Origin: a virus
Lineage: Duplodnaviria; Caudoviricetes
IMG/VR virus record: IMGVR_UViG_3300030376_003861
Coordinates: 1-26,672 of that record
Direction: 5' to 3' (one strand)
Length of the DNA stretch: 26,672 nucleotides
Shown piece by piece: positions 1-6,876 of this stretch. The number at the start of each line of letters is the position of its first letter. The stretch's first letter is position 1. Made by a program: the position numbers and the translations under genes. Under the pieces are notes generated by a model. It was not told the origin of the DNA. It searched no databases and worked only from the letters and a program-made list of their open reading frames with translations.

Positions 1-635
1 GTTGCTATTTCTTCAACGCTCCAATCATCTTGACCCGCACAAACTGATTGCATTCTGCGTTGTACTTTTTTATTTAATACCCCTTCTAGGTGTTCGCGTA
101 ATGAATCCCATGCCTCTTTTTTTGACATCATTTCATCAGTAGCAAAGCCTGAAAAAACTGTTCGATCAAAATCACTAACGTTTAGCGCGTGTTCTTCTGT
201 GATCTCTGTAATCATCTTTGCTTGATACATTTCATTGATTGGTTGAGTACCGCCAAACATTTGAAAGAAGTCTGAAGCCGTTGCAACTTCCCCTTTGTAA
301 TTCAATAATGGTTCTGCTTTTTTAAGACGATCAAGAACGCCTCGATTAAAATCCCCTTGCGTTGGCGGAAAGTCGTTTTCAGCAATTGCTAGGTTTATGT
401 ATTCGCGTGCATACCAAAAATCTATTTTCGGTTGAAGCTTTCCATTCTCCCAATATGCACATTGACTATTAAAAAAATTAACACCCGCCGCCGCGCATAA
501 ATTATGCAAATTTTGTTGACTAATTCCGTTATTTTCGCGCCATCTTTTGTCCATCTTTCCGGTTTCTATTTGAGCCTCTAATCTTTTAGCTTGTTGCTCT
601 GCCCAGTCTTTAGATCTGTTTTTTTTGGGGGCCAT
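1..635 (-). CDS. XRE/cI-like helix-turn-helix regulator, 3'-truncated by the window edge (>211 aa)
   Basis: Not in the ORF track. Manual translation from ATG 635 is open to position 1: MAPKKNRSKDWAEQQAKRLEAQIETGKMDKRWRENNGISQQNLHNLCAAAGVNFFNSQCAYWENGKLQPKIDFW... The pattern WRENNGISQ...SQCAYWENGKLQPK resembles an HTH_3/XRE domain. The gene is divergent from the early operon and starts 7 nt from an operator. Confidence 0.7.
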   Translation of the reverse strand, partial: MAPKKNRSKDWAEQQAKRLEAQIETGKMDKRWRENNGISQQNLHNLCAAAGVNFFNSQCAYWENGKLQPKIDFWYAREYINLAIAENDFPPTQGDFNRGVLDRLKKAEPLLNYKGEVATASDFFQMFGGTQPINEMYQAKMITEITEEHALNVSDFDRTVFSGFATDEMMSKKEAWDSLREHLEGVLNKKVQRRMQSVCAGQDDWSVEEIA

Positions 636-642
636 GCTTAGC

Positions 643-656
643 AGGGGTAAACCCTT
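643..656. promoter_or_regulatory. Operator-like pseudo-palindrome site 1 (AGGGGTAAACCCTT)
   Basis: 15 bp identical to site 2; immediately upstream of the XRE-like gene start. Confidence 0.75.
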
Positions 657-762
657 ATTAAGTAATACGCACCAATCTAACTTAGATTTCTTAAAGTACA
701 ATATTACATAGTGCTTAGTAACATAAAGCACGAAAATCGATATTTAAGCGCATCAAATAAAT

Positions 763-790
763 TTGACATACGGAGCAATAGCGGCATACT
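763..790 (+). promoter_or_regulatory. Sigma70-type early promoter
   Basis: TTGACA (763-768), 16-bp spacer, CATACT (785-790), followed by AAAGA as in the cassette promoters. Confidence 0.6.
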
Positions 791-811
791 AAAGAACCCA
801 TATTAAATAGG

Positions 812-825
812 AGGGGTAAACCCTT
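812..825. promoter_or_regulatory. Operator-like site 2 (AGGGGTAAACCCTT)
   Basis: Overlaps the GGAGG RBS and ends 2 nt before ATG 828. Confidence 0.75.
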
Positions 826-827
826 AA

Positions 828-1220
828 ATGCCTGATTCTGACATTGATTTAGACAAAGAGAAACGAGCATACGAAATGTTGCGTTGGGTTCCTTATTCGT
901 TCCCCGCAGATTTCAATATGGAATTAGCCCTATTGGGGACATATTCAAAAGCACAAAAAGAACGCTCTGATATAGCACTTGATGAATTTGACAAACAGCA
1001 CCCCTACGAATCAAGCCCCGAACTTTCCGCATTCCGTAAGCTCGAAGACCTTGGGCGATTTAGCCAAAAAGATTACTATTCACCCCACAAAGCAAAAGAA
1101 GGTTATTACACCCGTGAACTCGAACGATATACCCGAATCAGACACAGCGGAAATAGTCCGCGAGAACCGAAGAGATTTGCAGGAAATAAAAAATCACGCC
1201 GCCTATCTAGTAACTACTGA
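828..1220 (+). CDS. Hypothetical protein, first gene of the early operon
   Basis: 130-aa ORF with GGAGG RBS and promoter upstream; no recognisable domain. Confidence 0.7.
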   Translation: MPDSDIDLDKEKRAYEMLRWVPYSFPADFNMELALLGTYSKAQKERSDIALDEFDKQHPYESSPELSAFRKLEDLGRFSQKDYYSPHKAKEGYYTRELERYTRIRHSGNSPREPKRFAGNKKSRRLSSNY

Positions 1221-2832
1221 AAAGGATCAACAACAACAATTTTTTCTATTACGCCTGTTTGTTCAAGATTCACCCGCGCCTTTACGTGATAAGGAAATAC
1301 AAGGTTACTTAATCGAAGCAAGATCAAATTTAAGTGGAGCTGCAAAGCCTCGAAGGAAAGGCGAGCGAATGGATACAAGCCCGACGCCTTGGGTGTGGGA
1401 AGGCGTGATTATGGCAGGTACTACGAATCTTTTAGTTGCACCGCCGAAGGTAGGAAAATCAGCGTTAATGATCGGAATGATTGGCGCATGGTGGAGGGGT
1501 GAAGAATCGTATTTAGGGCATCAACTTCACGGCAAATGTCCAAAGGTTTTTATTGTCGGAACTGATCAACCTGAAAATGATTGGTTTACGATTCTCAAAC
1601 GTGAAAAATTAATTGACGGTGATGGAGAATTAGGCGGCCCAATCGAATGTCTTTGGCATACGGGCGCACCGTTGCACCTGAACGAAAAAGGAATTGCAGA
1701 GTTAGAGGTTATTGCTTCAGAAAACCCCGGCGCTTTTTTCTTGCTTGACTCCTACCACGCTTGTGTAAGTCCTCTAGGTATTGACGAATCAACGAGCGCA
1801 TTTGATGGGCCTGCTAGGGCGCTTGCATCGGCTCTAGCTGCTTATGGGTGTACTTTGACCATGATTCACCATACGAATAAGTCTGTTGCCGGAGGGAACG
1901 CGACAAATGCCTCTAGGGGTTCTAATGCTTTACCAGCGGCGGCAAGCTTAACAATCCTGCTTAACTGGCTTAAACAACCGCCAGAAGGTCAAACGCAAAC
2001 TGATTACCGCGTCATATTAAAAACACAAGGTAGAGCCAAATCTACAACCGCCGTATTTGAATTATTAGATGACGGTTGGATCACTCATGGTGACGGATCG
2101 GAAGCAATGGCACAAGAAGCGCGAGCCGAAGCAGAATTGGATTTACAAGGAAGACAAGCCGACATTTTCGATTACATCAAAGACAGGTTCGAGAATGGTG
2201 GGTTTGAAGTTTCATCGACTGACTTAATAACGCAATTTCGTTTAGAGCGAACAAAGGCAAATCGAGCATTAGCGCAATTAACAAGAAAAGGTTTGATTTA
2301 TAAATCAGGCGAGGTTGAAGTAACTTTGGACGGAGGAAGACCGGCGGCATTATTTAGACCTGTTACCCCCCTCCCCGCTGAAGGTGTGTTTAACGTGTTA
2401 AACGTGTTTAACCCCCCTGAAGATCAAGAGGTCGATTCCTCCACTTCGCATGCAATGAGAGGTTTAACACATAAAACACGTTTAATACATTTGTGCGAGG
2501 GAGGGGGTAGTAAAACACACCCCCCAAATAGGTTAAACACACCCCTATTAAATTCTCCTGTTGAACGTTTTTTGAATAATGAATGGGAGGGCGGTTGGCT
2601 CATTCACGATGCAAAAGAGCTGAATAACATCACGATTGTTAAGACAGGAAATCCACTGTTAACCGTTTCTAATTTGCGTTGGGATATTGACCTGCGCTTT
2701 TCCGATTCCCCTTTCTCTAATTCTGCTATTGCTACGCATGAACATCAAGACGATCAGAATGTGGCCCCCAATGACGAACCTGACCTTTCACTCATCGATT
2801 CACCGTTACCGCCATCAACAGAGATGGATTAA
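979..2832 (+). CDS. AAA (RepA/AAA_25-like) replication helicase/initiator with probable C-terminal winged helix; true start uncertain (possibly GTG 1114)
   Basis: Walker A APPKVGKS, Walker B FFLLDS, MIHHTNK and SRGSNAL motifs typical of RecA-fold RepA-like helicases; wHTH-like segment SSTDLITQFRLERTKANRALAQLTRKGLIYK. Confidence 0.85.
   Translation: MMNLTNSTPTNQAPNFPHSVSSKTLGDLAKKITIHPTKQKKVITPVNSNDIPESDTAEIVRENRRDLQEIKNHAAYLVTTEKDQQQQFFLLRLFVQDSPAPLRDKEIQGYLIEARSNLSGAAKPRRKGERMDTSPTPWVWEGVIMAGTTNLLVAPPKVGKSALMIGMIGAWWRGEESYLGHQLHGKCPKVFIVGTDQPENDWFTILKREKLIDGDGELGGPIECLWHTGAPLHLNEKGIAELEVIASENPGAFFLLDSYHACVSPLGIDESTSAFDGPARALASALAAYGCTLTMIHHTNKSVAGGNATNASRGSNALPAAASLTILLNWLKQPPEGQTQTDYRVILKTQGRAKSTTAVFELLDDGWITHGDGSEAMAQEARAEAELDLQGRQADIFDYIKDRFENGGFEVSSTDLITQFRLERTKANRALAQLTRKGLIYKSGEVEVTLDGGRPAALFRPVTPLPAEGVFNVLNVFNPPEDQEVDSSTSHAMRGLTHKTRLIHLCEGGGSKTHPPNRLNTPLLNSPVERFLNNEWEGGWLIHDAKELNNITIVKTGNPLLTVSNLRWDIDLRFSDSPFSNSAIATHEHQDDQNVAPNDEPDLSLIDSPLPPSTEMD
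2364..2540. repeat. Iteron array, putative replication origin inside the rep gene
   Basis: Three tandem 9-mers GTGTTWAAC (2386-2412), three inverted degenerate copies (2462-2488) and two more at 2510-2518 and 2532-2540. Near-inverted TACCCCCCTCCC (2364-2375) and GGGAGGGGGTA (2499-2509) flank the core. Confidence 0.7.
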
Positions 2833-3370
2833 ATGGAGCATTTCGCAAATTGTCGATACAAGAACCGACGCGGTGAAGGTTATACACGACAAGACCCGCG
2901 AGAAGTGGGAGCCGCGAGGAAATACCGTTCACGCTTGTTTAGAGGCCTTCTTGCAGGGCAAACCATACGATCCGGGCGAGTATCAAGACATAATCGATCC
3001 GCTGGTGAATTACGACCTTTTTAAACGTTGGCACGCGGTCGCGACAGAGTACAGGATGTTCAACATGACCGAAGGCGGCGGCGTTGCTGGTTCTCTTGAT
3101 TGCATTTTGAGGCATAACGAAACCGGGATTTATGCCTTAGCTGATTTGAAGACGTTGAGTAAATCAGGAAGCGCTAGGGATATTTCGGCACAACTTGGCG
3201 GGTACTTATCACTGCTGAGACATTGCCGCCCTGAAATCAAAATTGATAAATGCTTTGGCATCTGGGCCAAGCCCAAAAAAACGTGGACAACTTCTTACAA
3301 CGTTCAAGAGTGCATTGATAAATATCAAAAGATAAAAACTGACTTTTTCGCTAAACAACCCCAAATTTAA
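2771..3370 (+). CDS. PD-(D/E)XK exonuclease (RecB/Cas4-like phage nuclease)
   Basis: Motifs RGNTVHACLE, GSLDCIL, LADLKT and QLGGY. Start ATG 2771 (MTNLTFHSSIHRY) is preferred over the ORF-track start 2687. Confidence 0.8.
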   Translation: MTNLTFHSSIHRYRHQQRWIKWSISQIVDTRTDAVKVIHDKTREKWEPRGNTVHACLEAFLQGKPYDPGEYQDIIDPLVNYDLFKRWHAVATEYRMFNMTEGGGVAGSLDCILRHNETGIYALADLKTLSKSGSARDISAQLGGYLSLLRHCRPEIKIDKCFGIWAKPKKTWTTSYNVQECIDKYQKIKTDFFAKQPQI

Positions 3371-3372
3371 AA

Positions 3373-3705
3373 ATGGAACAAACAACCCTTGATTTTTCAA
3401 AGCCTGAGCAATTAAAAGAAATTGCAATGGAACAGGTAGAAGAAAACGCCAACGAGGAATTTAAACGCGTTGCCTTAAAAAGCATTCTTTCCTTTGCCGT
3501 TAATAAGCCCTATGTAACCGCTAATGATGTTTGGGATTCATTGGACTTGTTAGGAATTACCACGCATGACAACCGCGCTCTCGGGCCTATTTTTAAGAAG
3601 GCTGCAAAAGATGGATTGATTGAAAAGACAAACACCACAACCAAAAGCAACCGTTGTTCTCGACATGCGGGCGATGTGCGCGTTTGGAAAAGTCTTGTGT
3701 TCTAA
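3373..3705 (+). CDS. Hypothetical protein, possible winged-helix DNA-binding
   Basis: 110 aa, 2 nt after the previous stop; TANDVW...RALGPIFKKAAKDGLIEKT is wHTH-like. Confidence 0.7.
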   Translation: MEQTTLDFSKPEQLKEIAMEQVEENANEEFKRVALKSILSFAVNKPYVTANDVWDSLDLLGITTHDNRALGPIFKKAAKDGLIEKTNTTTKSNRCSRHAGDVRVWKSLVF

Positions 3706-3739
3706 CTTGCTATGAGTACGGAATAAATAGCGCTTACTA

Positions 3740-3767
3740 TTGACAAAGAGTAAACCCCTAGTAAATT
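3740..3767 (+). promoter_or_regulatory. Promoter with operator site 3 in its spacer
   Basis: TTGACA 3740-3745 and TAAATT 3762-3767; AAGAGTAAACCCCT (3746-3759) lies between the boxes. Confidence 0.65.
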
Positions 3768-3791
3768 TGATTTACGAAATTCAAAGATGAA

Positions 3792-3971
3792 ATGCGCGAA
3801 CTTCAAAAGACCCTTTTATTTGCGATTATTGGCCTCCCTTTTGTCGCCCTTACTTCTCATATTGTATCTAACCCTTTACCTGCCGTTAGCCTTGATTCTG
3901 AAAATTCTGGATCGCTTGTTACTATTGCTGCGTATGCCGAAGAAGAAGATCAAACCCGTTTCGCTCGTTAA
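3792..3971 (+). CDS. Small signal-anchor membrane protein (59 aa)
   Basis: Manual ORF MRELQKTLLFAIIGLPFVALTSHIVSNPLPAVSLDSENSGSLVTIAAYAEEEDQTRFAR directly downstream of the promoter; an alternative to the 5' half of ORF 3787-4140. Confidence 0.45.
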   Translation: MRELQKTLLFAIIGLPFVALTSHIVSNPLPAVSLDSENSGSLVTIAAYAEEEDQTRFAR

Positions 3972-4140
3972 AAAGACTGAACGAATTGAGCGAATCCCTG
4001 AAGAAGAAATAAATGATTTGCTTGATCCTGAAAGCGATCTTTTATCCACTCTTTTAGATGATGCGCTCATAAGAGAATCAATTATTTCGCATCTAGAAAT
4101 CTGTTACAACTACCAAATCAAACAAGCAAATGACGACTGA
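3934..4140 (+). CDS. Hypothetical protein (start 3934 or 3787)
   Basis: MPKKKIKPVSLVKK...; the stop overlaps the next start. Confidence 0.5.
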   Translation: MPKKKIKPVSLVKKTERIERIPEEEINDLLDPESDLLSTLLDDALIRESIISHLEICYNYQIKQANDD

Positions 4141-4477
4141 TTACACGCCCTCACTTTCACAAGACCTATTAAATCCATTAGCAAGGATCACCGAAGAATT
4201 TAAATCAATTAGGGAAGATGAAAAATATATAAGGATCAAGAAGGAAGCACTATTAAAGGAAATAAACGACCATCATTTTTATGGGAATATTCAAGACAGC
4301 TTTTCAGGAAATGGGGTGAAAATATCGAAAAGGAATTTACCTAAAAAATATCTATTCTCTGATGCTGTAAACCAATTAGAGACAAAGTTAAAAGAGCAAA
4401 AGAATTTAGAGATTGAGGATGAGATCGCAGTAGAAGAAAAGCGCGGTTTTACATGGGCGATCACTTTAGACAAGTGA
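4130..4477 (+). CDS. Hypothetical coiled-coil protein
   Basis: 115-aa ORF coupled to its neighbours. Confidence 0.7.
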   Translation: MTTDYTPSLSQDLLNPLARITEEFKSIREDEKYIRIKKEALLKEINDHHFYGNIQDSFSGNGVKISKRNLPKKYLFSDAVNQLETKLKEQKNLEIEDEIAVEEKRGFTWAITLDK

Positions 4478-4611
4478 ATTTACAAGAAAAAATCAAATGC
4501 GCCGAACAGCGCAAAAAAGAACTTGATCTATTAATTAACCACTGGAGGAAACAAAGTGAAGACGAAAGAACAATTATTGCAGGAGTTGAGAAATCAACTA
4601 GGGGAACTTAA
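4474..4611 (+). CDS. Small hypothetical protein (45 aa)
   Basis: GTGA start/stop overlap with the previous gene; MNLQEKIKCAEQRKKELDLLINHWRKQ... Confidence 0.55.
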   Translation: MNLQEKIKCAEQRKKELDLLINHWRKQSEDERTIIAGVEKSTRGT

Positions 4612-4711
4612 TCGGATATGGGAACAACAAGAACTTGAATTATCTGATGAGGAATACATACAAAAATTCGACTCAATTTATGAATCAATAAAAAAACTTG
4701 AATATGAATAA
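4556..4711 (+). CDS. Small acidic coiled-coil protein (51 aa)
   Basis: GGAGG RBS 7 nt before GTG; MKTKEQLLQELRNQLGELNRIWEQQELELSDEEY...; stop overlaps the next ATG region. Confidence 0.6.
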   Translation: MKTKEQLLQELRNQLGELNRIWEQQELELSDEEYIQKFDSIYESIKKLEYE

Positions 4712-5027
4712 GAACAAAGCCAAGGGTGATAAAGCCGAAAGAGAAGCCGCCGAACTTCTAACTAAAGTGACGGGCTATGAATGCAAAAGAACTTTAGCGG
4801 CGGGTATCCCTGACGATGTAGGGGACATTATTGGCATTCCTGATTGTGTTATTCAGGTCGCTAACTATAAGGATACTTCTACCGCATGTTTGAAGAAACC
4901 TAGAGAAGTAGAAAACCAACGAGAAAACGCGGGTGCAAAATACGCGGCCTCTATGGTGCGATGGCGTGGAGGGCATTGGCGCGTTGTTTTAACGGTTGAG
5001 CAATTCGCCAAGTTCATAAATGGATGA
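4704..5027 (+). CDS. Holliday junction resolvase, archaeal Hjc-like PD-(D/E)XK
   Basis: KAKGDKAEREAAELL, GDIIG and VIQVANYK; size and order match Hjc-type phage resolvases, with Q in the usual ExK position. Confidence 0.7.
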   Translation: MNKNKAKGDKAEREAAELLTKVTGYECKRTLAAGIPDDVGDIIGIPDCVIQVANYKDTSTACLKKPREVENQRENAGAKYAASMVRWRGGHWRVVLTVEQFAKFING

Positions 5028-5817
5028 ACTACGCCTTATTGATACCTTTTCAGGTATTGGCGGTTTTAGTTATGCCGCTGAAAAACTTGTTGGAGGATTC
5101 AAAACGGTTGCATTTGTCGAATGTGAACCCTATTGCCAAAAGGTATTAAAAAAACATTGGCCCGACGTTCCTATTTATGAAGACATCAAAAGTTACCGAC
5201 CAGAACCATATTCAGCAGAAATTGTTTGCGGGGGATTTCCTTGCCAGTCAATTTCAAACGCGGGCAAGCGCGAAGGGATCACAGAGACTTCAGAATCTGG
5301 TTTGTGGTACGAACTCTACAGAGTCATTTGCTTATTACGACCGCGATACGTCGTGTTGGAAAACGTCTCAGCAATCCTTTCTAGAGGACTTGGCGTCGTT
5401 CTCGGAAACTTGGCCGAGGCAGGCTATTGTTGTGAATATGCGTGCATACCAGCGTCATATATTGGAGCCTGTCACCAGAGGGACCGGATTTGGATTATTG
5501 CCTACCCCGAGGGCAGCAAAGGGAATGGAAATGAGACTATCGAAAAATATGGCAAAGCTAGAACACAAGAAATATTTAGAGACAGAAATGGCGGCAAGAA
5601 TACATACACATGGAGAAACACACCTTATGGACTCGAAGGAGGTTGGCGAAAATGGAGTGTTAAACCCGTCATTTGTAGAACTTCTAATGGGGTTCCCTCT
5701 GGGGTGGACAGAACTAAAAGATTAAAGGCGTTAGGAAATTCCATCGTGCCGCAGGTTGCAGCGATACCACTACAAAGGGTTTTAGATTTGCATAATGTTA
5801 CTATTCGTAAATATTAA
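5020..5817 (+). CDS. DNA (cytosine-5) methyltransferase, large (alpha) subunit
   Basis: Motif I FSGIGG, IV GGFPCQ, VI ENV, VIII QRDRIW and X LGNSIVPQVA; motif IX is not visible in this frame. Confidence 0.92.
   Translation: MDELRLIDTFSGIGGFSYAAEKLVGGFKTVAFVECEPYCQKVLKKHWPDVPIYEDIKSYRPEPYSAEIVCGGFPCQSISNAGKREGITETSESGLWYELYRVICLLRPRYVVLENVSAILSRGLGVVLGNLAEAGYCCEYACIPASYIGACHQRDRIWIIAYPEGSKGNGNETIEKYGKARTQEIFRDRNGGKNTYTWRNTPYGLEGGWRKWSVKPVICRTSNGVPSGVDRTKRLKALGNSIVPQVAAIPLQRVLDLHNVTIRKY
5177..5725 (+). CDS. Overlapping small (beta) subunit of the C5 methyltransferase carrying motif IX; start uncertain
   Basis: 183-codon open +1 frame nested in the MTase gene, with LLPTPRA and LNPSFVELLMGFPLGWT (motif IX-like E.LMGFP). 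Confidence 0.75.
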   Translation: MKTSKVTDQNHIQQKLFAGDFLASQFQTRASAKGSQRLQNLVCGTNSTESFAYYDRDTSCWKTSQQSFLEDLASFSETWPRQAIVVNMRAYQRHILEPVTRGTGFGLLPTPRAAKGMEMRLSKNMAKLEHKKYLETEMAARIHTHGETHLMDSKEVGENGVLNPSFVELLMGFPLGWTELKD

Positions 5818-5822
5818 ATAGT

Positions 5823-5847
5823 AGGGGTTTACCCTTTACGCTATGCT
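5823..5847 (+). promoter_or_regulatory. Operator site 4 and -10 box of cassette 1
   Basis: AGGGGTTTACCCTT 5823-5836; TATGCT 5842-5847. Confidence 0.65.
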
Positions 5848-5886
5848 TCAATAGTCAACTCGACCCGTGGAGACACGGACTAATAA

Positions 5887-6057
5887 ATGACTTCTTCAAC
5901 TCTTTCTCGATTGAACAAAGCGCCTCTACTTAAAAAGGCACAATCAATGGAGACAAGACTAAACAGACTCGAAAGTTTAATTCAAGTTTTGTTTGTTGTT
6001 ACAGGATCAAGCGTCTTTGCAGCATTCATTTCAAACATGAATCTTTCAGTTCTTTAA
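5887..6057 (+). CDS. Cassette 1 small protein (56 aa) with hydrophobic C-terminal helix
   Basis: Manual ORF MTSSTLSRLNKAPLLKKAQSMETRLNRLESLIQVLFVVTGSSVFAAFISNMNLSVL between the leader hairpin and a terminator. Confidence 0.65.
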   Translation: MTSSTLSRLNKAPLLKKAQSMETRLNRLESLIQVLFVVTGSSVFAAFISNMNLSVL

Positions 6058-6066
6058 ATACACCCC

Positions 6067-6089
6067 ACCCCCTTCATAGGGGGTTTTTT
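6067..6089 (+). terminator. Intrinsic terminator
   Basis: ACCCCC-TTCATA-GGGGGT followed by a T run. Confidence 0.8.
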
Positions 6090-6097
6090 ATTGCAAC

Positions 6098-6180
6098 GCC
6101 GGGGAGCCTGACGCCTGAGAGAAAGGGCTGAAAGTTATAACCAAGACAGGGCACGAATTGGTCGTGATCCATCCCCCGGT
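6098..6180 (-). ncRNA. Candidate structured small RNA 1
   Basis: GC-rich intergenic island whose ends pair (CCGGGGG/UCCCCGG on minus), with inner stems CACGA/UCGUG, CCUG/CAGG and GCC/GGC; -10-like CATAGT at 6190-6185. Confidence 0.45.
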
Positions 6181-6235
6181 TTTCACTATGTATAGGTATT
6201 GAATATTAATTGTGAATATATTGTTACGTTCTCAT

Positions 6236-6261
6236 AGGGGTCTACCCTTACTATGTATAAT
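6236..6261 (+). promoter_or_regulatory. Operator site 5 and -10 box of cassette 2
   Basis: AGGGGTCTACCCTT 6236-6249; perfect TATAAT 6256-6261. Confidence 0.7.
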
Positions 6262-6292
6262 AAAGAAGTAAACAAAGCGGAGACGCTACCAA

Positions 6293-6481
6293 ATGAAAAC
6301 TCCTTCTACTTCTCTAAAGCAAATCAAATGTGCAAGAGGCTATACATACAACGTATTGAAAGCCGAAAAGCATATTACATGGGGACTTGAAAGAGTGGTT
6401 TACACTTGCCGCAAGCCAAGAGGTAAAGTTCTTTATAACATCGTCGGATATGAGAACGGCACTTTCTCAACCGCTGCCTAG
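6293..6481 (+). CDS. Cassette 2 small basic protein (62 aa)
   Basis: ORF-track ORF lying between the leader hairpin and a terminator. Confidence 0.7.
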   Translation: MKTPSTSLKQIKCARGYTYNVLKAEKHITWGLERVVYTCRKPRGKVLYNIVGYENGTFSTAA

Positions 6482-6488
6482 ACCACCC

Positions 6489-6512
6489 GGCCCCGAAAGG
6501 GGTCTTTTTTTT
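6489..6512 (+). terminator. Intrinsic terminator
   Basis: GGCCCC-GAAA-GGGGTC followed by T8. Confidence 0.88.
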
Positions 6513-6527
6513 GCCTGTTCATACTAG

Positions 6528-6610
6528 AAAACCCCTCGACGAATGCCAAGAGGTTTAATAGATACCCATCCCTAGGTGTTTAACGCTTAAGTCGCATGAG
6601 TTAAGGTCAA
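6528..6610 (-). ncRNA. Candidate small RNA 2 with its own terminator
   Basis: Minus-strand TAGACT -10 (6620-6615); 3' 12-bp stem AAACCUCUUGGC-AUUC-GUCGAGGGGUUU whose three G-U pairs form only on the minus strand. Confidence 0.45.
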
Positions 6611-6678
6611 TTCAAGTCTAGCCAATAAAAGCACTTTTAATATCTTCAAATATTACAATTATATTAATATGACTTAGT

Positions 6679-6712
6679 AGGGGTTTACCCCTTAGAAAAT
6701 ATTCACTATACT
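6679..6712 (+). promoter_or_regulatory. Operator site 6 and -10 box of cassette 3
   Basis: AGGGGTTTACCCCT 6679-6692 (perfect arms); TATACT 6707-6712. Confidence 0.7.
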
Positions 6713-6741
6713 TAAAGAGTAGTTCACCGGAGACGGTACCA

Positions 6742-6870
6742 ATGGTAACAGTTAAACAAATTCTTGAAGGTTTAGCAGAGTTTCAAAGCTACGACGACAA
6801 AGGTTTCCCCTCACATCTAAAAAGCTTTAAAAGTAAAGTTGATTGGATCAAGCAACAAAAGGAGAGCTAA
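6742..6870 (+). CDS. Cassette 3 small protein (42 aa)
   Basis: Manual ORF MVTVKQILEGLAEFQSYDDKGFPSHLKSFKSKVDWIKQQKES between the leader hairpin and a terminator. Confidence 0.65.
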   Translation: MVTVKQILEGLAEFQSYDDKGFPSHLKSFKSKVDWIKQQKES

Positions 6871-6876
6871 ATCACC

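Noticed and set aside
2771-3370. Cas4-like nuclease suggesting CRISPR association
   Set aside because: No repeat-spacer array or other cas genes are present, and this is a common phage recombination nuclease
2833-4976. ORF-track entries 2833-3024(+), 3209-3427(-), 3876-4070(-), 4291-4473(-) and 4794-4976(-)
   Set aside because: They are shadows of better supported coupled genes and have no motifs or RBS
6107-6140. CTGA...GAAA resembling a hammerhead core, and GCCTGAGAGAAAGGGC resembling lambda boxB
   Set aside because: There is no CUGANGA core or proper stem III, the boxB stem and loop do not match, and pairing favours the opposite strand
6576-6585. Isolated copy of the origin iteron (GTGTTTAACG)
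   Set aside because: A 12-bp match also occurs inside the J gene (17554-17565), so single AT-rich matches are expected by chance
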